Origin: Eledone cirrhosa
Taxonomy: Eukaryota
Reading direction: 5' to 3'
Length of the DNA: 64,000 nt
NCBI GenBank assembly: GCA_964016885.1
Contig: OZ024749.1
Location: forward strand, 37,262,001-37,326,000
The notes below the pieces were generated by a model. It had not been told where the DNA came from and did not search any database. It worked only from the letters and a program-made list of their open reading frames with translations. A program made the position numbers and the translations under genes. This document shows, one piece after another, positions 1-14,461 of this stretch. How positions within the stretch are numbered: position 1 is the first letter of the stretch; each line of letters starts with the position of its first letter.

Positions 1-14
1 TACACATATACACG

Positions 15-68
<54 letters not shown>

Positions 69-559
69 GTGTGTGTGTGTGAGTGTAGAACAACGTTAGA
101 ATAAACGTCACAGAAATATTCCTCTAAACATGAAGCAAGGAGTAAATATTTTTTGGTGTGAATGATTTTAGTAATAGCAACGGTGCTTTGCTTGTATTTA
201 TATAAGGTTAACAACAACAACAACAATACGAATAACATATGGTTAGAATATCGTTCAGTTTAAAACAACCGAAACACAGAGCCTCTACTCCTCCGCTGTT
301 CGCTGCAAGTGTGACACACTACATTGTTTGAAGAAATGAAGAAATGCTGACAGACCGTATAAAAGAGAGTGGTGGGGGGAGAAGAGGTGGCAGAGAAGGT
401 GGTGACGTGGTGATGGTAGAGGTGGTAGGGAGTGTCATCCCAGTACAGCATATTTCATATATATAAATATATATATATATATTTATATGTATGTATGTAT
501 ATATATAAGTATATATACATACATTATGGTCCACCTGGTTCCTTACCACATTTCCTTCG

Positions 560-602
<43 letters not shown>

Positions 603-796
603 TATATATATACACACATATACATATATATATATACATAAATATATATATATGTATATTTACGTATATGTGTATACATAAATATATATGCATACACACA
701 CACACACGTACATATATATAAATAAGAGGAAAGCACGAACGGGGGATAATATTCCTTCATCAGTTGTCTACGGGAGATCATGGATATTTCTACCCA

Positions 797-852
<56 letters not shown>

Positions 853-980
853 GTAGGAGGTGAGTTTTATTGTAGTACAATAAAGCAATGCAGATATCGG
901 ATAAGAAGCACTCTACAGTTTGTAGGACTGGAGTATACATAATATATAAGAACAAAAGATAGTTAAAAGAGTTCCATGTA

Positions 981-1047
981 TTTTATTATGCGCATTTCAA
1001 AAACAAATATCATCATGCAATAATATTTGTGTTTTCATCAGATAAAA
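981..1047 (-). ncRNA. Type I hammerhead ribozyme motif (family E, palindromic stem III)
   Basis: Minus strand reads TTTTAT-CTGATGA-AAACACAAATATTATT GCAT GATGATATTTGTTTTT-GAAA-TGCGCA-TA-ATAAAA. Stem I is 6 bp, stem II is long, stem III is the palindrome ATGCGCAT, triplet AUA. Confidence 0.85.
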
Positions 1048-1124
1048 CAGGAAGACATGATATGAAGGTTAAAAAAACACTTGTGGATGGTGCAGTTTTA
1101 AATCAACATATTGTTCTTATATAT

Positions 1125-1245
<121 letters not shown>

Positions 1246-1364
1246 TACATCTTACTATCGCTTTTATCTGCTCCAACCGACTTGGTGTGGTCCTGCTGGG
1301 GCCACCATTATGGTTAAACCTCTCAGAGCCAACGTTCTTTTGTTGGCCATATATATATATATAT

Positions 1365-1860
1365 GAGTGAATTTGTTGGTGCTGCCCTTCTTTCCACTTC
1401 GATTCGTGTCGTGAGTTCCTCTGGGATCATGGTTAGAAGTATGTCGAGATGTTACATGAAACATCTACATTCACACCATGTAAATCTCACAGGTTTTGGG
1501 CAGCTTATTAAGGATCTGAGGTCATTTGAAAGCCAGACTATTGCGGTATCTGGTCTTTACTCTAGATGTGAAGTACAAGACTTTCAGAATCCTGTTCATG
1601 GGTTGTTCCATCTCTCAATGCCATATTTTGGTGCTAGTCATTCCTTTATCTTCCATATGTATATTACTGCCTGTCTCTCCCTAGAGCATTAATTCTTTCA
1701 GCTTCTCCCAGAAGCTCACCTCCTTCATTGAGGCAATCATTTTGGTGTGGCTTCATTGGATTACTTCAAGCTCTGCGGTTAGTTTGACACTGTGTATCGA
1801 ACACAGCTGAGAGCATTAGTCCAGTTGGATTAGGACGATTGACCTTCAGAGAACCAACAT
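1365..1860 (-). mobile_element. Decayed CR1/L2-like LINE, ORF2 C-terminal region
   Basis: Minus-strand peptides SHTKMIASMKEVSFWEKLKE, AVIYIWKI and RAAPTNSL, with stops and frameshifts, resemble the post-RT region of CR1-clade LINEs. Ends in (TA)n. Confidence 0.75.
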
Positions 1861-2181
1861 TGATCTAAAGAAAATCATCAGGTACAAGTTCAGAGTCATG
1901 CTTATTTCTGTTTGTAGAGAATGTGTGCTAAACCACATCTTGAACCTTAAAAGATGCTTGGGTTCACTTGGAACATGTTCTGTAACTCTGGACATAAACA
2001 TCAGAAGATACTGGATTTTTGATATTTTATTTTTAAAGGTTTGAACTAAATATCCGAGTTACAATTTGACCAATTCTCAAAACATGAATAACGTAGACAG
2101 AAATAAAATGTGTTTGTTTTTATGTGTGTTTGTCAGAGAGAAAGAGAGTGTGTGTGTATAGGTATATATATAATATAATAT

Positions 2182-2314
2182 AATTGTTTCTACTTTAGGC
2201 ACAAAGCCAGCAATTACCCAGTGCATTACTGGTACTTTATTTTATCGACCCTGTAAGGATGAAAGGCAAAGTCAACCTCGGCGGAATTTGAACTCAGATC
2301 GTAAAGGGACGTAA
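2182..2314 (-). mobile_element. SINE family S1, 5'-truncated; 3' fragment at 8439-8481 (+)
   Basis: Matches the S1 3' end through the B-box. Confidence 0.9.
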
Positions 2315-2330
2315 TATATAATATAATATA

Positions 2331-2386
<56 letters not shown>

Positions 2387-3509
2387 CACACACACACATG
2401 TACATGTGGTTCTGTGTGTGAGTGTGCATTGTGCATTATCAACTTATTTAGAAGGACATCAATATGTGTATATTTTTCCTTTCTTCATTTTTGTTAAATA
2501 CCGAGTAGATTATATGTCGTCGACAATCAATCATAAATTGCTATCTATAGATCAATGAATCGATTAATTTGCTCTATCGTTTTATGTGTCTCATCATAAA
2601 TGAGGATGAAATACATCAGTAGCCTACATACAGGCCTGATAAGTGTTTGTCATGGTTGGGTTGATGTCGTTATCAACTGCACTTTGATAAAATTGGAAAC
2701 ACAACCACGGAGCATTGCGTTATCAGTAACATAATCTGACGGTGATGGTGTAGAGACTTGCAGACTTATCACGTGACATCATGATGTCACGTGATGGCCG
2801 CCATTCTTATAGTGATAGAAGCGTGATTGAATTTGGTGGTGCTGTTGTGTGTGCGTATAAAACTGTCTGCCTATACGTCTGTGTGTATATATATATGCGT
2901 AAATCCATGTCTTATAATCATGATCATACATACTCCCGCATGATATACACACCAATACATATATTTGCGTATATGTGTGTGTATCTGTCTATATAAGTGT
3001 GTTTCTGTGTGTCTGTGCTTCTGTGTGTATGTTTTGTGTATGTTTTGTGTATGCATGGGTGAGACTATGTGTCTGCATCTGTGTGTGTGAGCGTATGTAG
3101 ATAATTTACACTGTTCAAGACCAAATCTACTCTACAACTGTTTCTATTGGAATTTCTTTTAATAAAGAAGAGAATATAAACAATATTATTAAGTCGTGCG
3201 AAACCATTTTACTGGTTTCAGAGCCGATGAGGCTGAAGATTTGTGTGTGTAAACTTGTCTTGCACATCGCCTATCTTTATTTCTTTCTTCTAGTCAATTC
3301 TGTGCACCAGCGCACTTCACCTTGTCCACCACCTCTTTCAGACTTTTCTATATGTCATCTGCCTGCCACCCACCTTGTGGTTTGTCTCTGTGTTGACCGC
3401 TGACCACTGGCCACTGTCCTTTGAGGCATTTTTGTTCTTCGGTGTCTTTGACAGCATTTAACTGTTTTAACGGCTGTCCTAGCGATGAGTTTTCTCATTT
3501 TTATATGTA

Positions 3510-3553
<44 letters not shown>

Positions 3554-3636
3554 GTTATTCCGGGTTGAATCGGAGGTAACCACAGTAAGTAAGGTACTCA
3601 ATACATAGCAGAGTATAACAGTTTTAATATAGATGA

Positions 3637-3685
3637 GATTTTACAGGACTAGAACTGTTTCATTCATTAGAAATCATCAGGAATC
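3637..3685 (-). ncRNA. Type I hammerhead ribozyme motif (family D), left arm of an inverted pair
   Basis: Reverse complement of 3693-3741 with one stem I mismatch (AAATC). Confidence 0.7.
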
Positions 3686-3692
3686 ACTGATA

Positions 3693-3741
3693 GATTCCTG
3701 ATGATTTCTAATGAATGAAACAGTTCTAGTCCTGTAGAATC
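3693..3741 (+). ncRNA. Type I hammerhead ribozyme motif (family D), right arm of an inverted pair
   Basis: GATTC-CTGATGA-T TTC TAAT GAA T-GAAA-CAG TTCTAGTC CTG-TA-GAATC. GUA triplet, predicted cut after 3736. Confidence 0.8.
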
Positions 3742-3836
3742 TCATCTATATTAAAACTATATATATATATATATATAAGTATTGAAATTTCCGTTGGAAA
3801 CAGAAAAGGTCATAGAAAATATATATATATATTCAA

Positions 3837-3916
<80 letters not shown>

Positions 3917-4063
3917 TTTTGAGTATATGTTGGTGGTATACCAACACCTCAGTATACAGGCTGGAGCACTCGACGAAGTTCGTAGGTTAGTTTGGTTACT
4001 CCGGAGTAATGTAAAATAAAGTAAAATAAAAAGTCAAATGTTTACAATTTAGCTTCGTTTATT

Positions 4064-4118
4064 ACTGCTATATATATTTGGGTGACAGCCATCTTTGGCT
4101 GTGACCTCTTCAGGCAGT
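4064..4118 (-). ncRNA. Minimal hammerhead motif with G12C substitution (probably inactive)
   Basis: Minus strand: ACTGC-CTGAAGA-GGTCACAGCCA AAGA TGGCTGTCACC-CAAA-TATATA-TA-GCAGT, followed immediately by AATAAA. Confidence 0.7.
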
Positions 4119-4163
4119 CGGAATTAGTGTGGTAGAGACAAGTAGATATGTTGTTGAGGTGTA

Positions 4164-4303
4164 TAATTTTGTCAATACTCTGATATGCCCAGTTCCTTGT
4201 TGGGTTGTTATTTCACTGAGGAACTGGAATCATATGATTCCAGTTCCTCAGTGAAATAACAACCTAACCAGGAACTGGGCATATCAGAGTATTGACAAAA
4301 TTA
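4164..4303. repeat. 140-bp spacerless palindrome centred on CATATG
   Basis: 70-bp arms with ~3 mismatches; outer GTAGAGACAAGTA / TACTTGTCTCTAC also pair. Confidence 0.9.
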
Positions 4304-4324
4304 CGTACTTGTCTCTACTTTATG

Positions 4325-4420
<96 letters not shown>

Positions 4421-4576
4421 ATAAATATATACATATACACACATTTATATATATATACACATATGTGTGTGTGTGTATTCATATGTAGCTCCCTCAAACC
4501 TCTTTATCATCCACATATATTACTACTCCTACTAGCATCACCACCGCTATTACTACACAAATAGTACACAACCAAT

Positions 4577-4611
<35 letters not shown>

Positions 4612-4919
4612 CTTCAATAAACATAACAACAACTGCAATGAATATACAGTGCCTTCATTTGTTTTTTGTGGAATATTCATGACTAAATTAATTCGTTAAT
4701 TATGTATGAGCTTCCGTCGTCTGGAGACGGGTCATTGCACCACCCCGAATTGTATGAGTTTCCGCCGTCTACAGATGGGTCGTTGCACAACCCTAAATTT
4801 TGCGCAACGAGTAAAGAGGTCGTTTTACACATTTGGTCCATCTGCCGGTTTGTTGTACATAATGATGTTCTTACAAGCATTGCTAATTATATAATCATTA
4901 GCATTGCTAGTGCAACAGC

Positions 4920-5689
4920 GGTGGTGGTGGAGGTGGTGGTGGTGGTGGTGGTGGTGGTGGTGGTGGTGGTGGTTGTGGTGGTTGTGGTGGTAGTGATGGT
5001 GTTGGTTGTGGTGGTGGTGGTGGTTGTGGTGGTGGTGGTGGTGGTGGTGGTGGTTGTGGTGGTAGTGATGGTGGTGGTGGAGGTGGTGGTTGTGGTGGTA
5101 GTGATGGTGGTGGTTGTGGTGGTGGTGGTGGTTGTGGTGGTGGTGGTGGTGGTGGTGGTTGTGGTGGTAGTGATGGTGGTGGTTGTGGTGGTGGTGGTGG
5201 TTGTGGTGGTGGTGGTGGTGGTGGTGGTAGTTGTGGTGGTGGTGGTGGTGGTGGTAGTTGTGGTGGTGGTGGTTGTGGTGGAGGTAGTGGTGGTGGTGGT
5301 GGTGGCGGTAGTGGTGATGGTGGTGGTGGTTGTGGTGGTTGTGGTGGTGGTAGTGGTTGTGTTGGTGGTGGTTGTGGTGGTGGTAGTGGTGATGGTGGTG
5401 GTGGTGGTGGCGGTAGTGGTGATGGTGTTGGTGGTTGTGGTAGTGGTTGAGGTGGTGGTGGTTGTGGTGGTGGTGGTGGTGGTGGTGGTAGTGGTGATGG
5501 TGGTGGTGGTTTTAGTGGTTGTGTTGGTGGTCGTGGTCGTGGTGAAGGTGGTGTTAGTGGTGACGGTGGTGCTGGTGATAGTAGTGATGGTGGTGGTGGG
5601 GTGAGGGTAGTGGTGATGGTAGTGGTAGTGGTTGGGGGAGGATGGTGGTGCTGGTGGTTGTTGTGCTGGTGGTTGTAGTAGTAGTTGTT

Positions 5690-5723
<34 letters not shown>

Positions 5724-5810
5724 CAGTAGTAGTATTAGTAGTAGTAGTTATAATAGTAATAGTAGTAGTAGTAGTTGTTATAGTCGTAATAGCAGTATTA
5801 GTAGTAGTAC

Positions 5811-5876
<66 letters not shown>

Positions 5877-5940
5877 GAGTACTAGTAGTAGTAGTTATAG
5901 TAGTAATAGTAGTAATACTAGTAGTAGTAGTAGTAGTAAC
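4920..5940. repeat. Compound (GGT)n then (AGT)n low-complexity tract
   Basis: Visible directly; source of the poly-V and poly-S ORFs. Confidence 0.95.
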
Positions 5941-6058
5941 ATGTTCATCAATGGCCTATCTCTCCAGAACCACCCCACAAACTCCCATCTTGCCGTCCAT
6001 CACTCCAGTCAACCATCTTACCCTTCATGCAGACCTCCATGACCCACGCTGCAGCATA

Positions 6059-6289
6059 CACAGCCACCCCTCTTTCCAGCCCCCACAAGTCCTATCTCGT
6101 GTCACCTCCCATCTCTTCTCACCCCTCACATATAGCTACCCATCGCATCCACACGTCTCTCGCTCTCCGTTCAGCCCTCCATCCTATCACCCCATGCTCC
6201 ACCGCACACAGCCATCCCTCTTTCCAGCCCCCACAAGTCCTACCTCATGTCACCTCCCATCTCTCTACACCCCCTCACATATAGCTACC
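6059..6289. repeat. Imperfect ~80-bp direct duplication
   Basis: CACAGCCAYCCCTCTTTCCAGCCCCCACAAGTCCTA..CCCCTCACATATAGCTACC at ~6059 and ~6206. Confidence 0.8.
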
Positions 6290-6405
6290 TTTTACACACA
6301 CCCGTCTCTACCTGTCCATCCGTTCACCTCTATCACTATGTACTTCCGTACCTACATATGTTGTTCGAACATGGATGAGCCGACTCTCTCTCAACCTCTT
6401 TCTGA

Positions 6406-6445
<40 letters not shown>

Positions 6446-6452
6446 TACACAC

Positions 6453-6564
<112 letters not shown>

Positions 6565-6650
6565 GTATACACTCTGGCATGTTTTAACTGCACAATATCA
6601 CGCACTCATATACACAATGATGCACATATGCAGACACACACACACACATA

Positions 6651-6770
<120 letters not shown>

Positions 6771-8967
6771 AACGTCTATTTTCTATTAGTTGATATTGAT
6801 GGTGGTGGGTGTTGGCGATGGTTCATGAAATTCGTTAAACAAAGAAGCTGGTCTGATGTGAGATCCAATCCAATCTGCGTAGTCTGTATTACAAACATTT
6901 CTATCACCTCATTTTCTTAGAGTTATCTCCCTTTGTTCGAACTTTAAACACCCATAAAGCGCGTCTTTTTTATTATTATGTAGTCTGTCTCCTCTCACTA
7001 TATCAAATTCGCATCCACTCATACTAAATTTTCCTCAAATCATGTCCCATTTGGATAGACAAGGGACGGTGTACTGTACGGCGTTGGTGCTTTGGTGTTT
7101 GTAAATCCTAGGTCGGCCGGCTTTGATCGACCAGATGTTTGATCGAAGTTATAAGTACCCATCTGTGATTATCCCAGTAAACGACACACTATTAGTAAAA
7201 TACTCCGTTTGTTCGTAGAATTATTCTGGAATGTTGGATAGTTAGTCGTAGGTTTGCGGCGAATGCACACAAGCAGTGTATCGCAGCATGAAAGATCATC
7301 AGGGTTTTGTAACGGAAATCCCATCAAATACTGTTAGAATGTTATAAATTAACCCCCTCCTCCTCCCCATATCACCACAACCAACACCACCAACAACAAC
7401 ATCATCATCGCCCCTACCACTACCATAAGATCTCTGTTGAGTGATTCTTTTGAAAGAGAGAATACATGCCGAATGTAAACAAACAGAACAACCGCAATAG
7501 CGTTTGTTAAACGAGTTACGGAATTAGTTGTTTGTGCAAACATGACCATCGTCTCTCCCAGGACGTTATGACATCAACAGTAACATTTGACGGTCGAATG
7601 AGAGCGAAGACACAGGTCACTTGGGAATGAAACTTAATAGGGAGATATACTGCTAGAGAAATCTTTCGCTGTATGAAATATATATATATACATATATTGG
7701 GTCTTGTCGGCCATGTTCTTAAAAACATTGTATGTTAACCTTGACACACTGGCCAGACGTAGTTCTCTTATTTGTTTTAAGAATGTGAGCATTTGCTTTA
7801 AGAACGTAAGCATTCCACCCAACCATCTCGGTGGACTTTTTAGAAGGCTGCATATAAGTTATTTCCTCCGAAATCAAAAAGATTGATAAATACATAAAGA
7901 TTGTAGCCAGTCTTAGAAGGTTCCAGATGATCAGATGATGTTTAGTTCATCACGTGATTCAATGTGTGAGACACTATGTGATCATTTGAATCACTGGAAA
8001 TGGTAGCGTCATTCTCCCTGAAACAACATCCTACATATCTTACGATATATCGAGTTGTTAGGAAGATTTTTGTGTTTATCCATAAAGTCATTATTTTACA
8101 CCTGTTAATTAATTTCACCTGCCCATAAAAGTAAAATTTAACAAAAAAAGAAAGTAAAAAAAAAAAAAATCAGTAAAGAATAGATAATTGTAAATTATTG
8201 ATATTTAAACATCTTCTGACAAATTTTCATGCCTGCATATAGAAAATTTAGAAAATTACAAACAAATATATTTGATAACCTCTTGAGCATGATTAACTTA
8301 AAATAATGTGAATAGATTAACATGACATTTGACAGAGTAATGTAAATGCTAAAGGGTTAGATGTTGGAATTTGTAGCCACCTTTTTCTGTCTTTAATGAT
8401 ATTTTACTCGATATCTAATGCTATTATTATTATATATACACTGGGATAATTGCTGGCCTTGTGCCAAAAGTAGAAACAATTATTATATATAGCGATCTGT
8501 GTTTGGATTCTACCGTTTCAAATTTCAACACTCTACATACTTTAAAAGAGTAAAAGGCTTAGTTGTGCTTGTTCTAAAGACCAATGTAAAGTGGCTTTGA
8601 TATATTAGCGGTTCTTTTACTCGTTACACTGTTGATTTAAATATGTGAGCAGCCCTGCTAGAAATACTAGCTAAATTCTTGCTATTTTACTGGTTTGACA
8701 TAATACCAGGCTGTATATGAATTCTTTCTACAAGAAATCTATAAAATAATCAAAGCAATAGCTGGAGAATAAGCAGACACAGAAGAGCAACTCTTAGTAA
8801 CCCAACGTCATGAAAGGTGATTTCATCGTTTTAAGAACTATTAAGAATAGGGGCGAAAGTTTTGCTGAAAAATATCTCACCAACGTAAGAAAAAGAACAC
8901 ATTGGATAAAATGTAGCCCTAGAGACCTGTCGAAATGGCCGGAGCTCAGTTTCGGGGTCTTGGATCT

Positions 8968-9004
<37 letters not shown>

Positions 9005-9029
9005 TAGATAGATAGATAGATATATATAT

Positions 9030-9063
9030 AGCTGAGGATCCGCTAAGGTGAAACAATTGTTCT
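9030..9063 (+). ncRNA. Minimal hammerhead motif, stem I truncated by (TA)n
   Basis: AG-CTGAGGA-T CC GCTAA GG T-GAAA-CAATTG-TT-CT, with palindromic stem III ACAATTGT. Confidence 0.6.
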
Positions 9064-9094
9064 CGGTATGGTGAATTAACTGTTGTGTAACCAC

Positions 9095-9158
<64 letters not shown>

Positions 9159-9474
9159 GATGTATATATATATATGGGATAACAATTTATCGTTATAGGT
9201 AATCCAGTTAGAGGTTGTGAGTACTCTGTACTATGGATAGTTTTAATGTACGGCGCTGTTTGACTCAACAAGAGGTTTCCTTAGTTAGGGAGCTAGTTTG
9301 GAATATTAGAGTATTCCGATGATTTGATCAGAGACACACACTGTATTTAAGGTCGAGTGACGCAACTTCGAATGATGAGCGGCCTTTAGACTCACCTGAT
9401 TAAAGAAACAATTGTTAATAATGTAAATAAAACCCTTTCTGTACAGCCGACCATGTTATTCTTCACTCTTTCAC

Positions 9475-9509
<35 letters not shown>

Positions 9510-9552
9510 TTCTTTTGGAGGGTCATGCTGCCAATAAAAATTCAAAAACGAA

Positions 9553-9594
<42 letters not shown>

Positions 9595-9818
9595 CTGGGA
9601 TGTGCAACGAAAGAACTTTGATAAACTATATATATGTGTTTGTGTCTATATTGTATTTATATTATTTTTGACCGTTGGTCAGTCAATGGCAACATTGAGG
9701 ACCGAATAAATTAGATTACCGATATAAAAGACACAGAAGCGAAAAGCGAAAACCAACCAAACGGTGAGTGTGTTCTGTTATTAATTCATATTACACAAAT
9801 ATGACCCTCCCCAAATAT

Positions 9819-10262
<444 letters not shown>

Positions 10263-10466
10263 ATATTTTGGGAGGGTCATGTTGCCAATAAGAAACACAC
10301 GCACCAGTTGCTTTCACTTCAATTTATTATATATTTATAAATTTACAAATTTACAAATTTATAAATTTCTGGTTGGTTGGTTGGTTCCACAACCAGATAG
10401 TTGTTTATATATAGTTGTTTATATATATAGTTGTTTATATATATGCTAAACAAATTCAGAAACGAA

Positions 10467-10500
<34 letters not shown>

Positions 10501-11169
10501 CAGGAGCGATATTACCACTACCAACAACAACAACAACAGCAACGGTTAAGTAATGAAAGTAGAAGTGAAACCAATTAAACAAAATTTGGTAATTCGACAA
10601 AAATTTCTAGCAGTAGCTATTTTGAATATTTACACGAGATTCTATCTGTGTAGTAAAAATTATAGTGGTTCCCCAGCTCATGAGCTGGAACAGGTAAAAG
10701 AGTAAAATTAGAGGAAAGTTTACGAATCTTTCAATGAATCTTGACCTAAATGAGAAAATTCAACAATATTGTCATCGGTAATAATAATAACTCGCAGATA
10801 TATTTTATGATTTATTTTCTGACTCCTTCAGGAATTTTTTCAGATTTTTTATTCCCTTATCTCGTTGTGTTTCTCTTCTTTGCCAAACGAGTGAAGCATA
10901 AATATATATTCACGTACCTAAATACACACACACACACACACATATATATACATATATATATACACACACATATATATATACATATATATATACACACACA
11001 TATATATGTATATATATATATATACACACACATATATATATACACACACACACACACATATATATATATACATACATAAACACACATACACATACATACA
11101 CATACACACACACATATATATATATGCATTTATACATACTTAAATGCACATATACATACACATACCCAG

Positions 11170-11224
<55 letters not shown>

Positions 11225-11737
11225 CATAATCACACATACGTATACATATATTTTCTTTATTTGCATTCTAATCTTACGTACAATCAATTTAAATAAGGTT
11301 GGAATGTTAACTGACGATGGGCGTGGTCGTTTGCTTTTATGTATGTGAGTGTGTGTCTGCGTGTGTATGTGTGTCCGTGTGTATGTGAATACGTGTATGA
11401 GTGTGTGTTGGGGGTAACTGGCTTATTTCTGTTGTTTATAGTCATTAGTAAACTTTCATTTATACTCCTTTTATTGTCTATCGTACTTTGCAGTTTTCTA
11501 CAATGTACATCATCTCAACCATCTGTCGTATATCCAGATATCCAACAGATGATTACATTGTCATCATCTTTATCGTCATCATTTTAGGTCCGCTTTCCAT
11601 GTTGGCATGGGTTGGATGGGTCTTCAAGGTCCGAGACTAGACGGGAGGGAAACCACATCATGCTTATACCTTCTATATATTAGTACCGTTTCCTCGTCTG
11701 GATAACCTTCAACTAATATACTAATGTACATTTAAAT

Positions 11738-11852
<115 letters not shown>

Positions 11853-13058
11853 GTGTGTGTGTGTGTGCGTGTGTGCGTGTGTGTGTGTGCGTGTGTATGT
11901 GTATGTGTATGTGTATGTGTGTCTGTGTGTGTGTAAGACGAAACATTTGAAATTATTAACCTGTCACCATCAGTGCTCCATTTGCTTCTTGGAAAACCAT
12001 CTAATAATCTAAATTGTCTGGTTCATATTGTAGGCCTATGATTTCTATATTCCACAGTGGTACCTACGTAGAGCTGGTAACATGTTAATGAGCGCAGATT
12101 AGTGGACTGTACCATCCTGTGGTACCTAATTACAGCTAAGTAAACCAGCTTATAACTACATATGATATCACCTTAGAGTTAGGTAAACCATATAGTACCT
12201 TCTTACAGCCAGCCAAGTATCCTATATAAGGTGCAATGGTTATTCCGTCTCTTTACATTCAGAGTTCAAATCCTGTCACAGCTCATTTTGCTGGTAGATT
12301 TAATCCTTTGTCCTCGAAATTAATTTGCAGAATCCAGTTGCTTTCGTGTTCAAAGATAGATCTACCCAGCCCCTCTTTTCACCAGTCTTGATACTCAGGC
12401 AAATACCATGGACAATAACTCTCCTCTTCGTCATCAAATAAAAAAAAAAATACCCCGTTTAGTCGAAACTGGTGGACCATGGGTTTTACTTTCCGAGTCA
12501 CAAGTCTGGACTGGGAGTTTTGCAGATGAAAAATCTATCCCTCATGAATGGAAGACTCCAGCGATGTTGTCAAAAGGAAAGACAGATGCAGATGCATCTT
12601 GTCGTTGCAGTTGGTTTCGTCCAGCTGAGTTAACAGAAGCAATTTAAAACAAAATAACTTGCTGAATCGAACTCACAACCTTACGATCGAGAGCCCAGCA
12701 CCCTAAACACTAAGCCAGGCGACTTCATATAGCGTTAGGTTAAGAGACAAAAATAATTGTCTCTTTGTCAAAAACACATCATTTGTTTTTATTGCAGCTT
12801 TCGTTCACTATGAATGTATTTTATATACAAACTCGCACAAGCACACACGCATATATCTATATATACATACATACTTACAAACATACATGAGAAAATTCGC
12901 AGCCACATTTATGTACCTGTATATATATGTATAAATTTATATATATATATGTGTGTATGTGTGTATGTGTGTGTGTGTGTGTGTGTAAACAGAATGGGTA
13001 ACCTACACTGCGTCAAATCGTATATAAATATAAACATGCCAGATATTAAGAATTACCC

Positions 13059-13114
<56 letters not shown>

Positions 13115-13469
13115 TATAGAGAGAGAGAGAGAACACACAAATATATATATATATTTGTCTGTTCTCCACCTACTTCCGTTGATTTATCAGCGCCAGGGTG
13201 TAAAATTGCCAGCATTACCGCATCTCAACCCGAACCTGTGTCCCTAGGGTATTCGTATTATTAATAATTAACACTTTCCCCTACGACATACCCGGCCACA
13301 CCTTACAACAGTCCCTACCCCAGATCCGACCTAGGAAACAAACCAAAACAAGAATCATTTGCTAGCTATATAATTAGACGTATGTGTGTGTGAGCGTGTG
13401 GTTATGTATGTGTGTGTGTGTATCGTTATCTGCGTTTGGCGTGTTTTGTGTGCATGCAAGTGCGTCTAT

Positions 13470-13510
<41 letters not shown>

Positions 13511-13667
13511 CATATATATATCTGTGTGTGTGTATGTTCGTGAATGTGTATGAATATATATGTTTGTTTGCGTGTATGTGTGAGTGGTTTACTTTCAAAC
13601 CGCGAGGTAACTTAATGGAAGAAAATGTATTTAGAAGAGAAAATGAAGTCAAGGTACACACACACAA

Positions 13668-13710
<43 letters not shown>

Positions 13711-13875
13711 ATACATTAACAGAGAAAGCTTAAAGCGATACTCTGACCAACTCTCCATCTCACTCAACAAACATGAGGATATACCTAAGTATAATCCCAA
13801 TTTAGTGTTTGGGGTGCTAACTATACAGTATTCCGTAGATAGCTGGTTGTATTATTTTATGAGACATAATTAAAT
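13711..13875. repeat. Dispersed ~165-bp microsatellite-flanked module; second copy ~46181-46345
   Basis: Both copies read ATACATTAACAGARAAAGC..GTATAATCCCAATT..TTTGGGGTGCTAACTA..GAGACATAATTAAA. Confidence 0.8.
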
Positions 13876-13985
13876 GTGTGTGTGTATATATGTATAGAGA
13901 GAGAGGGAGAGGGAGAGAGAGAGAGAATGTGTCCCAAAAATATACACACACTTTGATTACATCTACATATATATATATATGTATG

Positions 13986-14020
<35 letters not shown>

Positions 14021-14024
<4 letters not shown>

Positions 14025-14300
14025 CGTTTCTGAATTTGTTTAGCAAGATTCTTTATCTGAAAACGTGTGTTGAAACCGTTATTGTTATACTTTGGGAGGG
14101 TCATGTTGCCAATAAGAAACACACGCACCAGTTGTTTCACTTCAATTTATTATAATAAATTTATAAATTTAGGAATTTATAAATTTCCGGTTGGTTGGTT
14201 GGTTCCACAACCAGATGGTTGTTTATATATTGTCAAAGTTCTTTCGTCACACATTCTGTGACCTCTTCTGTGACTGGGGATTCTTTTCTTTGTTTTTGTG
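14021..14300. mobile_element. (TA)n-embedded module, family C. Other copies: ~9506-9553, 10258-10470, ~16010-16055, 16661-16845
   Basis: Shared TTTCGTTTCTGAATTTGTTTAGC and TTTGGGAGGGTCATGTTGCCAATAAGAAACACACGCACCAG. Confidence 0.8.
14232..14274 (-). ncRNA. Variant hammerhead-like motif (CAGAAGA core, CUU triplet; family C)
   Basis: Minus strand: GTCA-CAGAAGA-G GTCAC AGAATGT GTGAC-GAAA-GAAC-TT-TGAC. Confidence 0.6.
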
Positions 14301-14344
<44 letters not shown>

Positions 14345-14461
14345 TATAACGAAGAATTAGCCGTTGAAACGGCTTGAGCTCAGCCGTCGGGGTCTTACTT
14401 GTTCCTATATACATATATATATATATATATGTGTGTATATATAAGTATGATTATATATATA

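Larger units (their letters stand above)
3555..3758. mobile_element. (TA)n-embedded HHR module, family D (Penelope-like 3' end/pLTR-like). Other copies: 16218-16401, 38066-38280, 41898-42013, 52043-52165, 53310-53432, 54277-54405, 56281-56427
   Basis: Shared sequence GAATGAAACAGTTCTAGTCCTGTAGAA..TATTGAGTACCTTACTTACTGTGGTTACCTCCGAYTCAACCCGGAATAAC, usually bounded by (TA)n or (TG)n. Confidence 0.8.

Noticed and set aside
3196-3265. Permuted hammerhead (GAAACCA..TGGTT..CTGAAGA)
   Set aside because: Stems I and II do not pair in the required register.
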